From Amoebophrya sp. A120 (lineage: Eukaryota > Protista > Dinoflagellata): a stretch of 64,000 nt of DNA. Shown one piece after another: positions 48,449-61,745 of this stretch. A program made the translations under genes and the position numbers. Location: positions 1,175,907 to 1,239,906 of the forward strand of contig CAJINV010000009.1 of assembly GCA_905178155.1 (NCBI GenBank), in the 5' to 3' direction. Every line of letters starts with the position of its first letter. Positions within the stretch are counted from its first letter, which is position 1. The notes below the pieces were generated by a model. The model had not been told where the DNA came from and searched no databases. It worked only from the letters and a program-made list of their open reading frames with translations.

Positions 48449-49147
48449 AAGTGCAAAATTCCAAAGGGAAGCGCGTAAGGAGTCAAAGAAAAATCTTCAA
48501 AAAGTGAAGAGAATGAGAAAAACACAAAGAAACTTACGGAAGAGCTGCACTGAAATATCCACTGGGATCATCTCCATGGAAACAACTCGATGATCTGTCT
48601 TTTACTGGATCCATAGAGTAAGTTTGCAAGCGCACTTTCTGTTGTAGACCTCTGCCCATGGGCACGCAAGCGCAGAAAAGCGGTCGGCTTCACAACCGTG
48701 CATCCGCGTCCGCTCTCGACCGGCGACCTATCATCTCAACTACAGTCTTGTTTGACATTGGAGTGTAAATTGTTCAGTTTCTTTCGAGTGTGAATGATTC
48801 GATCATTCTCTCAGCTTTCGAGTGTAAGTAAATTGTTGTGAATTTGAAGTGAAAAAGAAAACAATTTACATCTTAAAAAACTTGAGTTCACGAGTTTGCC
48901 AGCAGCGGAGCTGAAACATACGTACAAGTGCATTTTCCGTCAACAGAAGCTAAAGTAGTTCAATGATTGTTCACGTTTCCAACGATGGCGTTTGCAGCTC
49001 CGATGCTGGCGGGTGCATTTCAAAAAATCATTCAAAAAAGAACAGAAGCCGCAAAGAATCTTCAAGAATCATACACGATTTCATTTGTTAATACTACGAG
49101 TACTTACTTAAACTGGGCGAAAAAGAACTTTGTCCCAACCAAGAGAC

Positions 49148-52100
49148 TCAGCGTTGCCGGACGAGCACAGCTCCGGGGATCAAGCCGCCCGGCATCTCCT
49201 GCATGGGTCCTGCACGCTCCTCCGGCACGAACCGCGCCAAGCAGGGGGTCGACGACCTCGCTGCCATTACGACATCTCGTGGGAAGGATTCGGCAAACAG
49301 CTCGCACAGGTCCTCCGAAACCACCGGCATCGGGACGGGTGCGCGAAAACAATCCCGAGAAATGACAAAATTAGGCAGGCGGTCCGGCATGTCGGACAAG
49401 AGATCGTCGCGATCGGAAAGAAAAAACTCGACGAAGCTATCCTCATCCGGCTGCGGTCCTCCATTCTGCATGCTCTGCAACACCTCTAGAATATTCCCGG
49501 GAAGACCCGCGGAAGGGCCAACAACGGTCGTGGGTCCTGTAGGTGGTGAAGTAGCAGCTCCAGACTGTACTAGAATGGGCAAAGGACCACCATCTCCATT
49601 GCCAACAATCGCAACTTGTGCTGCAGAAGAAGAGCTAGTATCGGACTCGCCCTGCTGCGATTCATTTTGTTCCGGCACGCCGTCGCTCCCGCCGACATCC
49701 TTCTTTCCACTCCCACCTTGTTTCAGTGCGCTGCCGACCTTCTTTACGAGGTCCTGCAAGCTTTTCACGAAGATAGAACTTTGGCTTTTCCTCTTGCCTC
49801 TCAGCCCAGGAGCAGACATATCCTTCCCTGCCGGCCCCGGCGCCGCGCTTGTTGGATCGGACGAGGCGCGGACCTGCTGGATCAACCGCAAGCGAAAATC
49901 CTCGAGCTCCGCACACATGCGCAAGTCGGCACCTTCGACGCTTCGCAACACGGTTACTGGCTCTTCGCCGGCTAGTCGCTGCCACCGATTCAACTCCCAC
50001 ATCGTCCCCATGGGGACCACCGAGTCTGCCAGGTCCAGCAGTTGCGAATTCAACACCGAGAAAAGAGCCCCACCGAGAATCACGTACCGCCCCGCGTTGA
50101 AGGCCAAATTCTTTGCGAGTCGCGCCGCAGACAGCCCCGGGTGGCACATCCCACGCAAGCAAGGCTCGTCGGAGAAACGCGGCACGAAAGCCGGAATCAC
50201 GCCGAACGCGACCCCCGCTGTCGACTCGGGGTTGATGCAATCGTCCTTTCCAGCACCGGACTTGGTCGTGAAAAGCAGGGGCAAGAGCGAGAACGAACCA
50301 CCTGTGCCTCTGGCTTGTGGCCGGAACACGCGTAGCGCTGCGCGCGGACCCGTGCCGTCACCGTCAACGGGTAGACTGGAGATCAGAACCTCGAAGTTCA
50401 CGTTGATGCCACGGTTGTCCTTCTTCGAAAGCGGAGCGGGCCCGGATCCCCCGGATGCTTCACCACCCGAGGACTCCTCCGGAGCGCTGCCCGACGCCGG
50501 TGGCGCTGCTCCGTCCTCCGTGCCAGAACTTGTTTCGCCTAGCTCGGCAGTGGACGAGGCAATAGCCTTGCCGAGCTGTTTCGTCTGCGCAAAGACTTTC
50601 GAGGTCATGAGCACCAGGCCCTCATTGTTTATCTTGTGCTCAAAGCCGTTCATGATCAGGTGCGTCAAAATGTCCCCGGTCTGGAGCTGCCCGCTGAGTG
50701 GCGACTGAGGAGACACTGTCACCACCTGCACGCCGGTAATCGCAGCCGTGTCCTCGTCGCTGTCGTTGGGCTGCTGACCTCGTGCCGGTGGTTTAGGAAG
50801 TTTTCGTTGGGATCGTCCATCGTCCGCACCATGGCTCGAACCATCGGTGGGTCTAGGCCCCATTTCTCCGGCTCCAGGTGGTCGATCTCCGATATCAGGC
50901 TGGTCCGAAGGACCTGCTTCGGTATCGACGCCATCCCCTCCTTCTCGGCGCGCGAATGTCGAACGTTTTTCTAGGAACGATTCCAGATCACCTGCAGCGC
51001 CATTGCCGCCATTCGCCGGAGCGCGTGCGTCCGTGCCGAGACCTTCAGATGGCGGCGCCCCCGCTTGCTCCATCTTAAGCATGCCGTAGAAGTCGCGCAG
51101 GCCCTGATGCTGCAAATCCCGGTACGTAAAACCAATATCTGGACTCCCAAGCCATCCTTTCGCGACCACGTTGATTGCAAAGCCGGGGTCGGCAGTGTCG
51201 TAGCATCGGTTCTTCATTTCCCCTCCGCAGCCGTCCACGTCGTGCGGAGATGAATCGTGCGCCTTTCTCTTCTCCGTCAGTTTCAGAAACTCGTCGCACT
51301 GCCGTACCTGCTCCGGAGTTTTGCCGAAGGTCGACCCGCACAGCAAGAGCAGTAACCGCCGGGGGTCCTCCGGGTTCGACATGCTTATCGGTAGTCCTCT
51401 CGGAACCACCTGTGCTTGTTCTTCAGGCGAAGGCTGTGGTCGTGCTTGCTGTGATTGTGGCTGTTGGTGATCAACCCTTGCAGACGGCGCCTCGGCTTTA
51501 CCTTGCTGCAATTCTGGGGGCGCGGGCGGCGCTTGTGGCAGAGCTTGGTCCTCCAAAGGTGCTACTGGGTTAGCTCCCTGCTGCGGCGTGGGCGGCCCCC
51601 GGGGCATAGCTCGTTCTTCAGGAGGTCCAACTGGCAGCTCTGGTTGCGGCGACACAGGCTTGACCGAGTCTGGTGTAGTCTCTTGTGGTACGGGTGGTGC
51701 TTTCGCGTCTGGCGGAGCTCCAGGCACCGGCGGATTAGTGGGCTGCTCATCCGCGTCAGCCGAGTTGCTCTGCGGCTGCCCAGACGATCTCTCCTGCGAA
51801 ACTTGATCTGTTTGTGCTTGCACAGTCGCTGGGTCAGAATTTTCGGGTCGCTCCGGTACGGCCGGATTTTGTTGCGCTTGCTGTGGTGGCGGAGAACTCG
51901 GTTGGCCCGGTGGCGGTCCCTGTTGTTGCGTTGACGGTTGAGTCTGCGCGTCGCGCGGCGGCGCACGGCCTGGCGGTTGTCCTTGTGGCGCTTGTTCTGC
52001 GCTCGGCTGCGCTGGCGGTTCCGCAATCTGCTGCTCACCGGGTTGCTGCGACTCCGCAGCCGGTTCTCCTCCTGGAGACAGCGGACTGGTCTGTTGATTC

Positions 52101-55100
52101 GGTGAAGCGCTCGGAGGCAGGCTTCCTGCGCCCTGTTCCGGAGCAGCCGGCGGTGCCTCTTTTGTTGGAGATTCAGGTCCCGGTAGCCCTGCACTTGGAC
52201 TAGATTTTTCGGGAGGTGGCTCTACCTGCTGCTGCTCGGGCTGGTCACTAGCCCCGCCCACGCCTTCACCGGTACCCGGCCCGGCCGTCTGCCCGGGCGC
52301 GCTGCCTCTGGACCCAGCGACCGGGGGCCCAGCAGTCGCGTCCGGCTGCGTCTCTCCCTGCGGAGATATCTGCTCGGCGTTCGGGGTTGGCGCTCCGGCA
52401 CCCAGCGCAGGCTGTCCACTACTTTGCACAAAAGAAACTTTTCCCGCGTGCTGTTCCTTCTGGATCTCTAGCAACTTCGATAGCAGATGTTTTAACGGCG
52501 GATCCTCTGTGCGCCGCTTCAGCATGCGCTCAGACTTCACCGCCGAAATCTGATGAAGCATTTTTTCCAGAGCCTCTTCCAGCGCACCGTACACATGGGC
52601 ACTGTGATCGTCTTCTCTAAGTTGCAGAAAGGATAGTGTTGCACCTGCACCATCCACATCATCGACCTTCTTGTCGTCTCCTTGTAGATGCGTGCTCAGA
52701 CCGTCGTCAACGCTCCTCACGACCCTAAGCGCGTGTCCCGAATGCCAGTCGCCAGACCTAGAACTACTTCTTTTCGCGTGCATTAATCTTGCCAAGACTT
52801 CGGAAAGTATCCTGCGATCGTCTTTGTGCGGTCGTTTTACCTGCCCATTCTCGTGGTACCTGCCATGTTCGTGCCCAGAAAGCCAAGTCGGAAGGAAGTT
52901 CTTCAAGGCCGCCGACCAATGGAGCGGTTCGTCTTTTGATTTTTCCGCCTGTATTTTATCCTGATGCTTTAGTGCCTGTTTCTCCCTCATTTCCCGCTGC
53001 CTGTCCTTCAGTTCCTTTAGCGCATTCTTGACATCAGCAATTTGCAACTTTCGGTGTTGCAACATTTCCAGGAAGCTGCTACCAAAAGCTTGCGCACTTC
53101 CTAGCGTGGCAGGAGGCGGTGGCAGGGCTGGCGCGGCTCCATCTACCAAGTTGGCCGGGCCGCCAGCAACAGTTCCTATCACCACGAGAGGTGCCACAGT
53201 TTGCTCTTGTTCTTTTCCTGCTCGCGGGCCCCCACCAACCGGGCAGACTTCCACCTCAAAAGACGTGCTCCCAGTTGCAGTCGTCCCTTCGCTCAGCCGA
53301 GGTGGTCTTCCTCCACCCACCATCTGCGGCCCTATTCTATCATCGCCCATCTGCTGGACAACATCCCCGCCGGCTGCAAGCTCCGCTTTTGTCGGGTTGC
53401 TGCTTGCCAAGATGAATTGCCGCACGAGCACGTTTGGGACCAGGAACCCGACGCCCTGCTGCTGCGGCATGCCGGCGAACGCCACCCCGAGCAAGCGGCC
53501 CTTTTTGTCGAAGGCCGGACCGCCCGAATTCCCGGAGTTCATCGCTGCGTCGACCCACAGGTTGATCACGCGCGACCCCATGGATTTCCCGATGGACAAA
53601 AGCTCATCCGAAAAGGGGTCCCGCTCGTCCACGCGACTGATCACGCCCCGGGTAACCGACACACTCGTTTCGCCGAGCGGGTACCCCACGAGGTACACGT
53701 CGGAATCGGGAAGCGGCAACTTCGGTGACTCGATGTCCTGGTCGTTGGTCAACGCGATCGGCACGTTGGACCAGAAAGACTCGTCCTTCACGTCCAGCAG
53801 GGCCAGGTCCAGGTCGTGCGCAATGTCCGTGGTGAACGCGCGGATGTCGTCTTGCAGTCCCTGACGAACCAAGATCAGGGTCGCGTCCGCCGCGCAGTGG
53901 GCGCACGTCAAAATCCGCCGGATCGGCTTGCGGATCACCACGCCGGCGCACAGCTTGGTCTGCTCGTGGGTCGAGGCCGCCCACGGATTCAGGAAAAAGC
54001 TCATGCCCTTCTCCGCGAACTTGATCTCCAACTCCACGACGGTCTCGAGCGGGACGTTGCTGCTGGCCTCGGCAATCTTCTCCAGTTTCTTCACACGATC
54101 CGTCAGTTGCTTTACCAGCCCGCTGCTGCCGAGGTCATCCCCTAGTACTTCCGGAAGCGGCTCGCGCTCGTATCCCGGAAAATTTTGTTCCAATTTTGCA
54201 GCTTGAAATTTCTCCATGCACTGCGGACTTTTGTTCTCGAAAACAAAACGGTGGTCGTGGTTCCGTCTCCTCTTTCTGGAATCCGGGTGGCAGATCACAT
54301 ACTGAGTCTGGAGCTCCGGCGCTGCACGGTCCCAATCGCCAGCCTCCAGTACTTTCGTCCGCTCTGGCGCAACGCTCGCCCGCGGCACACTAGTCGCGGC
54401 ACCGTCGTTGGCATCCACAAGGCGCCTGTCAGAAAGTTGGGCTGCTGACCCGCTGAAAGATGACAGCAACGGTTGATCCTCTTGCTCTTCATTTTCCTGC
54501 CCTTTCTGAGTTGGACTTGCGATTGCTGACGAGGCCGCTTCGAGCGCGCTGTTGGCGTCGTAGCCGGGTAGCTCCGTGCTCGGGACAGCTGCGTTGAGGG
54601 CAGTCGTGAACTCCGCATTGGTCATCCAAATCCTGTTGACCTGATCGTGTCATCGCAGACGCAGAAATCGGAAGTGCATGACTATGACGTCTGCAATTTA
54701 TTCACACTGCTGAATCAAAAGGAATTAGCGCAATGCAGAAAAACGACAAAAAATCTAAATCGCACCAGCCTCCTCTGCTGCGGGCCGAACTCGCGTTCCC
54801 AGCCGATTTGGTCTAGAAACGATTGAACTCGCTTTGCATCCTCGGGCTTGACGCGGAACCATACGCCCAAGTTTGGCTCGTACGCAATTGGATACTCCGC
54901 ATGAAAGAAGATCGGCTGCACGCGGTCCGCGATGCAGAAGTCTTTGCTTTCGGAAATGCGGCGGTTGCTAATAGTACTTGGCTCTGTGTTTCCGGTCCCC
55001 TGGCTTGTTCCGGCAGGGGGCTCGCAAAAATGCTGGAAGTTCAAGGCCTGTTCGATCTGAGGCGAGTTGCCCTGCAGCCAGACCTGAAAGCGGTTAATCA

Positions 55101-58100
55101 GAATGCGGTCCCCAGTCACGTCCTCAAACACGAAGAACGGACGGCTCAAATCGACTCCGTTCCGGCTTTTCGGCTGCCGCTCAAGTGCGCGATAAAAGGC
55201 TCCGAACTGTGGGTCGTCCAACTGGCCCGGAATTCCGACGCCGACTCGAGGCCGGAGCGGTCCCGGGTCTGCACTGTCACTGCGCTCCTGCAAGAACGAG
55301 GTCGGTGGCGGTTGGTTCTGCTCTAGCTGGCCCGCACTTGGTTGTCCTGGTGCTTCCTGGTCCTGCGTAGCTTCGCTCACATGACCAGAGGTTGCTGGTT
55401 TTTCGCTGTTGCTGCCTGGAGTGTCAGACGCAGGCCCGCTGGTGCTTTTATCTGGAGGTGCTGCGACGTCCGGGCGTTGTTCCGGTGCTGGTGGCGACGT
55501 TGCAGCATCTTTCCTTGTTTCCGGTGTGCTTTCTTTGCTTGTATTACTCTGCTCTGCGCCATGATCACTGCGCTGTTCTTTACCCGTACCTTTTTGCGCA
55601 TCTCCGCTTTGTCGTCCACCTGGGACTTGCTCACCCTGGTCCTCGGCACTCTTCTTTTCCTTCTTCTGATCCCCGCCACGAACATTCCTTCTGCTATCTT
55701 GCTGCTCCTCCCCTGTAGTCCCTTGAACGATTTGCAGGTACAGATCCGATTCCCTCCCACTACTCACCGGCGCGGGAATGCGGTGCGTGTGCATGATGGT
55801 CTTTGTCACAGAGAAATCCCGCACGCACTTTGACTGCAGGGCCATATCCTGGAAGACGTGACTCGAACCTTTGTCGTTCCCAAACTTTGCCTCCCGTTCG
55901 TCCAGTCCGGAAGGAAGGAACTTGAAGGTCAAAAACTCCTTCTGGCTCACCGCCTGCTGCACGAGCTGGAGGAAATGCAGGAAGTTCTGCGGCTCCTGGC
56001 CGTCCACGTGCGTGACGATGTCGATGATCTTCATGTAGGGCGACACGTTCCGGTTGCACGCGCAGTCAAACCCGCCGAGCGTGATCACGTACTCTTTCGC
56101 TGGCCTGCAGTTACCCTCCGCATCTAGCTCGCCGGCCGCGTTGCCCCTCGCCGCGCTCCGCCACTCCGCGGAATTTTCCGCGTGCCGCTTCACGTGGTAG
56201 GGAAGCCGGATGGGGCTACCGTGCTCCAGATTGCTATACTCCTGGAACATTTCCGTCGTCCACGTGGAAAACACGATGCCTCCCAGCATCACGTACTTGG
56301 GCCGCGGCCGTCCGATCAGATCCTTTTTCCGCTTCTTTTTGTTTCCGCGAGAATTTATGTTCGGGTTATTTTGCTCCTCATCTGCAGATTCTTGTTCTCC
56401 CGAGTCGTCCGATCCGGCGTCCCCTTCGTCCTCACAGGCGGCCGAAATTTTCACTACACCCCCGCTGTGCGGCAACCCAACGGGCACCGGAAGGAGCACT
56501 GGCTGGGGTATTACGCCGACGGCAGGGGCTGCAACGGGGATAAGCACTCCGGCTTTTTCCTCCAGCGCAGAAGCCGGAGGTACTTCTACTTCTGGGGCTG
56601 CCTCAGCATCCTTTTTACCATTCGAACCTTTTTCAGCCAGCTGCTGGTGCTCGTGGTAATTTTGCCGTTCTGATTGGTCGTCGAGGGAGACTTGCGACTG
56701 CTCCAGTAGCACCTTCGTCGCTTGTGCAAACGCAACGATTTTCGAAGTTCTTGGAACTGACTCAGCGGGTCTCGCGTGGTGCTGATCTTCCTGCTTCTCC
56801 TGCAAAAAGCTGTTAAAGATGTTGAACGGAAAGAAAAAGTTGGAGTTTCCTGATCCATCCTTTTTTTCCGCCCCCGGCGATGGTTTTTCGGTTTCCCTTT
56901 TTCTTTTCTCCTTCTGCGGCTGCGCTTGCTGTGGGACGGCAGGAGCGGCGACGGCGGGAACTGTTGATGTTCCTTCTTGCCCTCCTGGCGGCTGTATGAG
57001 TGGTCTGCGAATCACGAGCACCAATCTCGGATGGTGCTCCTGCTGCCGCACTTCAGGCACAAGAGGGTTGTTGTTCGCATGCGGCATGACCAAAATTGGA
57101 GCGTGCTCGCCGGTTTCGACCGTGGCTGAGCCAAAGCATTTGTAGGTGATGTGCGTGTGCTGGTTCGGGGCCAGCATAGCAGCGTATACGTCAAACGGCA
57201 CGCGGATCGGTGCTGGCTCTTCTGTCGGCGGCGTGCCGTCGCAAAATAGTAGGTCACGAAGCGTAAGTGGGGCTTGAGGCGTTTGGAGGAGAAGGTGCTG
57301 GGGCCGTTGCGGCATTTTCCCAAAAAGAATCGCACTCAGTGGGTTTAATCTTCCAGCAGGACCACCCGAATCAGCAGCACCGTCCCCCAGGCAATGGCGA
57401 ACGAGCACCTGGGTGCAAAGCGGCAAGCCAAACTGCGTCCTGCAAGCGAGAAACCTGGTCTTCGGAACCGGACCGAAAACCAAGGCACCGTCCGGCGTCC
57501 GGTGCACTGTCGCCTCCTCATTTTGGTTCGCTTTGCTCAAGATGTCGTAGAGCGGCGAACTACTGCCGTCGGTGTCGGAGTCACCACTGTCTTCGCCTGC
57601 GCTCAGTGGGGGCACTGGAATTGGAAACAGTGCCTTGTGCACTTCAAGGAAGGCACTCGGCGGCGCAGACGTCGTATCGTGTTGCGCGTCTCCGCTAGCC
57701 TTCGGAGCGTGGTTCTCTTTCCTTGGGGAGGCGCGGGTCTTTTGCAATTTCGCCTTAACAACTTTGTGCTTGCTCGCTCCGCGCCCTGTCGGTATCGGCG
57801 GGCTGTTGTCGCCTTCGTCGTTCTCTTCACCGCCAAAAAAAGCATTCCTGTTCTTCCGCCACTTGCAAGTCGGACGCGTCAGCGTCCTCTTGTACAGCAT
57901 GGACCCGTCCGACAAAATCGGGTTGCCGTCCAGCGCAAACAGGATGCAGTTCTCGCGCAGGCTACTGCCGTTCCCGGCGAAGGGGCTGTTTTGGTCCATC
58001 GAACGGATGAGAATCCCGCCCCGCGTGAGCTCCTTCAACTTTCTCTTGCACTTAGCCTTTTTCGACGGCCTCCGGTGTTTCACGATGATCACTGCCGGCG

Positions 58101-60799
58101 CTGCTTGCTGCGCGTCGCCTGCTACTCCAGAGGCTTCACCAATATCTGGCCCTACCATTGCGGAGTGCCTTGCGCCGCTAGCCAGCTGGTGAAGCAGCCA
58201 CAGCTTGAACAGGAAGCCCATCAACGGATTTTCTGGCTCCATCCCGGGCATCAGATCGGATAGAAGTTTCATCTTCCTTTTCAGGTGCAGCCTCGATGTC
58301 GAATCATCGCCCTCCAGCGATTCCTGACCATCCAAGTCGCTCATCTGCAACAGTTTCGACACTGGGTGCAATTTGAGATCCGCCGCGTTCATGTTCACAA
58401 GGGCGTCGCTGCTCTGCTCGTTGAGGTTGACCTTTATTTTGGTCCTTCCTGCTCCATTTGAAACGCCAGCCCCGGAAAAGTCCCTTTCCAGAGCTTTGTC
58501 AAAAACGTCGAACTCCCGCATATTCATTCCTGCTGGAACAGTAGACTTCGCCTTCTTCGCAGACTGCAAAGTGCTGCCCTCGTCAAAGTCATTGTCCTCT
58601 TCGGAAATTTGACCTTCTCCGTCCTGCAGAGCCCATCCATTTCCATAATGCCGCTCGAGCTCTCCACTAATCTCGGCGACTTCGTTCAGGACATTCTGCA
58701 CATTCTCGACGAAAGCAGCGAGTTTTTCGCTCCCGCCAGATGGAAGGGACCTTTCCTCACCGGCATCCAGCTTTTGTCGAAACTGCTCGAGCGCACCGTC
58801 AGAGAAAACGTCCTCTTGCAGCTTCTGTGTGAATTTCCGGTGGAAATGCGAGCTCGGGGGAAGCTTGACGTAGGCACTTGCAGTGTTCTCGTCCTCTTGC
58901 TTCTGTCCGAACGGCGCGTTGAGGTTCTCGATCTCGACGGCGCTACTGCTTTCGTCGGCGGATGCATCACCCTGGAAGAAGTTGTTATCATCAGCACCCG
59001 AAAAAGAATCGCTTGGGAACGACTTCTTCTCTTTCCCCGCCGTCAAGCTGGCTTTCTCGAACATAATCTGCTTTTCCTGCTGCAAAAACGACTCCCCGTC
59101 GCCGCCCGACTCGTCACCCTCGTCCGCGAACATGTCTTTCAGGCCCAAATACTCCCGAAAACTTGGGTCTTCGGTCGGCTCCCAGAGAAAACGCAGCATC
59201 GGCAAACCGACCCGTTTTCTGGTCCAGATGAACCCGATCAGACGGTTATGCAAGGGCGTCAAAACCCGTCCGCGGGGGCTCATGAACCCGCACCATTTCA
59301 GACCATTTTGGTTGCTGTCATCTTGCGCTTGTGGCGCCGTTTTCACGACAATCACGCCGCTCGGCGGCTGGAGCTTCTGCAGAAGCGAGTACTGCTTCAG
59401 CGCTTGCGCTTGGAGCGCCTCCTCGTCCACGTCTGGGGCATCTCCGTCATCTACTTCGGTGTCTGAACTACCTGCTACCCCAGCCACTGAAGTTCCTTTT
59501 GAGTCTTGAGGATTTTGTTCACCACCCGCAGCCGACGCAGAGTAGTACTTCGCGTACCTCTTCCAGGATTTCTTTCCGTCGATATACAGCCCGTGCCGGT
59601 TTTTGGCGGCCAGCAATCCGCGGCGATGCGGCCGCCACGGCAGCAGGTGATGCCTGTTGCGCTTCCTTGGTATGGCTTGTACTGACTCAAGAACCCCGGC
59701 GCCGTCCCCATCAAGCTGCTCTGGTGGATTTTTTTCATCATCTACTTCTTCTACCTTCGCCATGGTTTCGAGAAAGGAGGACTCCGCGCCGCTGCTTCCC
59801 TCATCCAGTTGTACTGCCGACGACGCCCCTCCGGCTGATCCAGCATTGTTGTCCGCAGCAGAGGAGGCGCTCGCACGACAGAAGGCGGGCCCGCCCAAGT
59901 AGCTGTCGTCAAGCGTGGGCGACACGCCGAACCGCAGCACGCGTACGGTATCCGAGCGGTCGGAATCGAGCGCACCCGGGTCAGACTCGGCGGGGAGCAC
60001 CACACCGCCCGACACCCGCGTCTCCCAGACCCGTGCTCCCTGCTCGGCAAAGCCGTACACCTGAATGCCGTCTCCCACATCCACGTTGAAGCTGACGTCC
60101 AGGCCACCGCCTGGTGTGGCGGCGTCCAGGTGCTGCCAGAAACTCTTCACTTTTTCCGTCTCCTCCGGGCGGCGCGCGACGAGTTTGAGCAGCGCATAGC
60201 GCAAGTCCTTGTCGATAATCTCAGGAACGGCGAACAATTCATCGAACTCATCCGCATACACCGCAATTGCAACCGCGTCGACGGCAACGTAGTAGGGAAC
60301 CAGAATCCGGTGGACGGGCTGTTTCGGTATGGACAGACGAAAAATTTGTTCTTGAAAACGAAAAAAACCCATGCAGCATTCAAGCACGACAAATTCTCAT
60401 GCACTTAAAGAAGACTAGTATCCTATTATCAGCAACTACCTTCACGCAGTTATCTTCTCCAAAGCTATCCACACAGTCCGGCAGTCTGATCTGGTTGATG
60501 CACAGCCCGGCAGCAAAGGCCACTGACTGGTGGAAGACTTCTGATTGTGTCGAGTACGGAGGCTTCTCCCAAGGCTTCAAGTAGGATTGCGATTGAAAAA
60601 TCGCGCGGACTTTCACCACGTGCTTCTGCGGCGAAAACTTCTTCTGGGACAGGGCTTCCGTTAATACGAATGAAGTGGCGAAATTTAGGAGAAGCACAAG
60701 AATGATCGCCGGTAGGACGGCAAAATGGTTGTTCAAATGTGCGGCCGATCTCCCCCTCCACCACTTCATTTGAGCCAACAGCGACAGGAAGCGATCCAT
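49148..60799 (-). CDS. Giant secreted Deg/HtrA-family protease: N-terminal inactive module plus C-terminal active module, each with PDZ-like regions
   Basis: Signal-like segment then VVKV...KPW (60540-60799). Module 1: RILVPYY, DKDLRYALL, DDSYLGGPAF. Module 2: RILTCAHC, HDLDLALL, GYPLG..SVSVTRGVISRV, DAAMNSGNSGGPAF. In-frame GT-AG intron 54641-54765 (RRL|VNRIWM) joins the two big ORFs. First intron about 60380-60538 not cleanly GT-AG. Confidence 0.82.
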
Positions 60800-61745
60800 T
60801 GCGGATCGCTTCCAGTCGCGCAGACCACTACACTTGTTGGAGCTTCAAGAAAGAAAGTAGACGAAGCAAACGAACCATTTTTTCGTAGGTTTGTGAGGCG
60901 CTCCTGTCAAATCCGTACCTGGTCCTCGCTATCGATGAAATCAAAACATTTATGTTGCCTCAATACGGATCAGACGCGATTTGCATTCGCAGAATCGGTT
61001 TCTATTGCGTAAAGCCAAAAAGCAACAACAAAACAAGGGTTCTCCCATCACCGAAGCTTTGTTTCGAAAAGTTTGCTTCCCTTTTGCAAGAAACCACTCA
61101 CGCATCACTCCTTCTTCAAAGCATTTTTTCCTTGCTCAAAGCATATTTTGCAAATCGCCCTCCTTCATCCGAATGATCTCTCTACGTTTTAAAACGGCAA
61201 GCGCAAGTGCAGCTGCAGGAGCAAGGTCAGAAAAATAAAACCTCTTGGAGACAGCTGAAAATCAGACCGGCGGGTGAATTCGCAAGAAAACACAACAAGG
61301 TCCAAACAGCGGTCGACAGCATCAGTAAGGCGAGAGCGATTTCCCTAGCATGCAGTCTTAATTTCCTCACATTCAAAACTTCTTGGTGCACAAAAAGGCG
61401 AGGGAGCGCAAATTCATTTATGGAAAGATATGAAAAACGAGACCGGTCTCGTTCTCTACATTTGCGGTGCTGTCTTCCACCCGGCACAAAGATCGTGGAG
61501 GCTACCACAACTCTTCGCGTCGAAACCCAATGTTCAAAATCGGCAACTACCAAACAAGAAAACGCTTTAAAAATGTGTGTGTCTGTTCTTGTTCATTCTT
61601 ACTTACGTCGCACAATTTTGATTATTCCCGTAGTCGTACTAGATGTCGCGTATGAAAAAAAGGTTGAGGTCAGTCGGAAGTAAGCTACGTGTTTCCGTCT
61701 CTGAAGGCGCCGCGCGAAAAACTTCCACATTTCACCGCGTTCTCG

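Noticed and set aside
60769-60778. Dinoflagellate spliced-leader relic (TTGGCTCAA); also ccaaatggcta near 4345
   Set aside because: Matches of 9-11 nt are too short to be significant.
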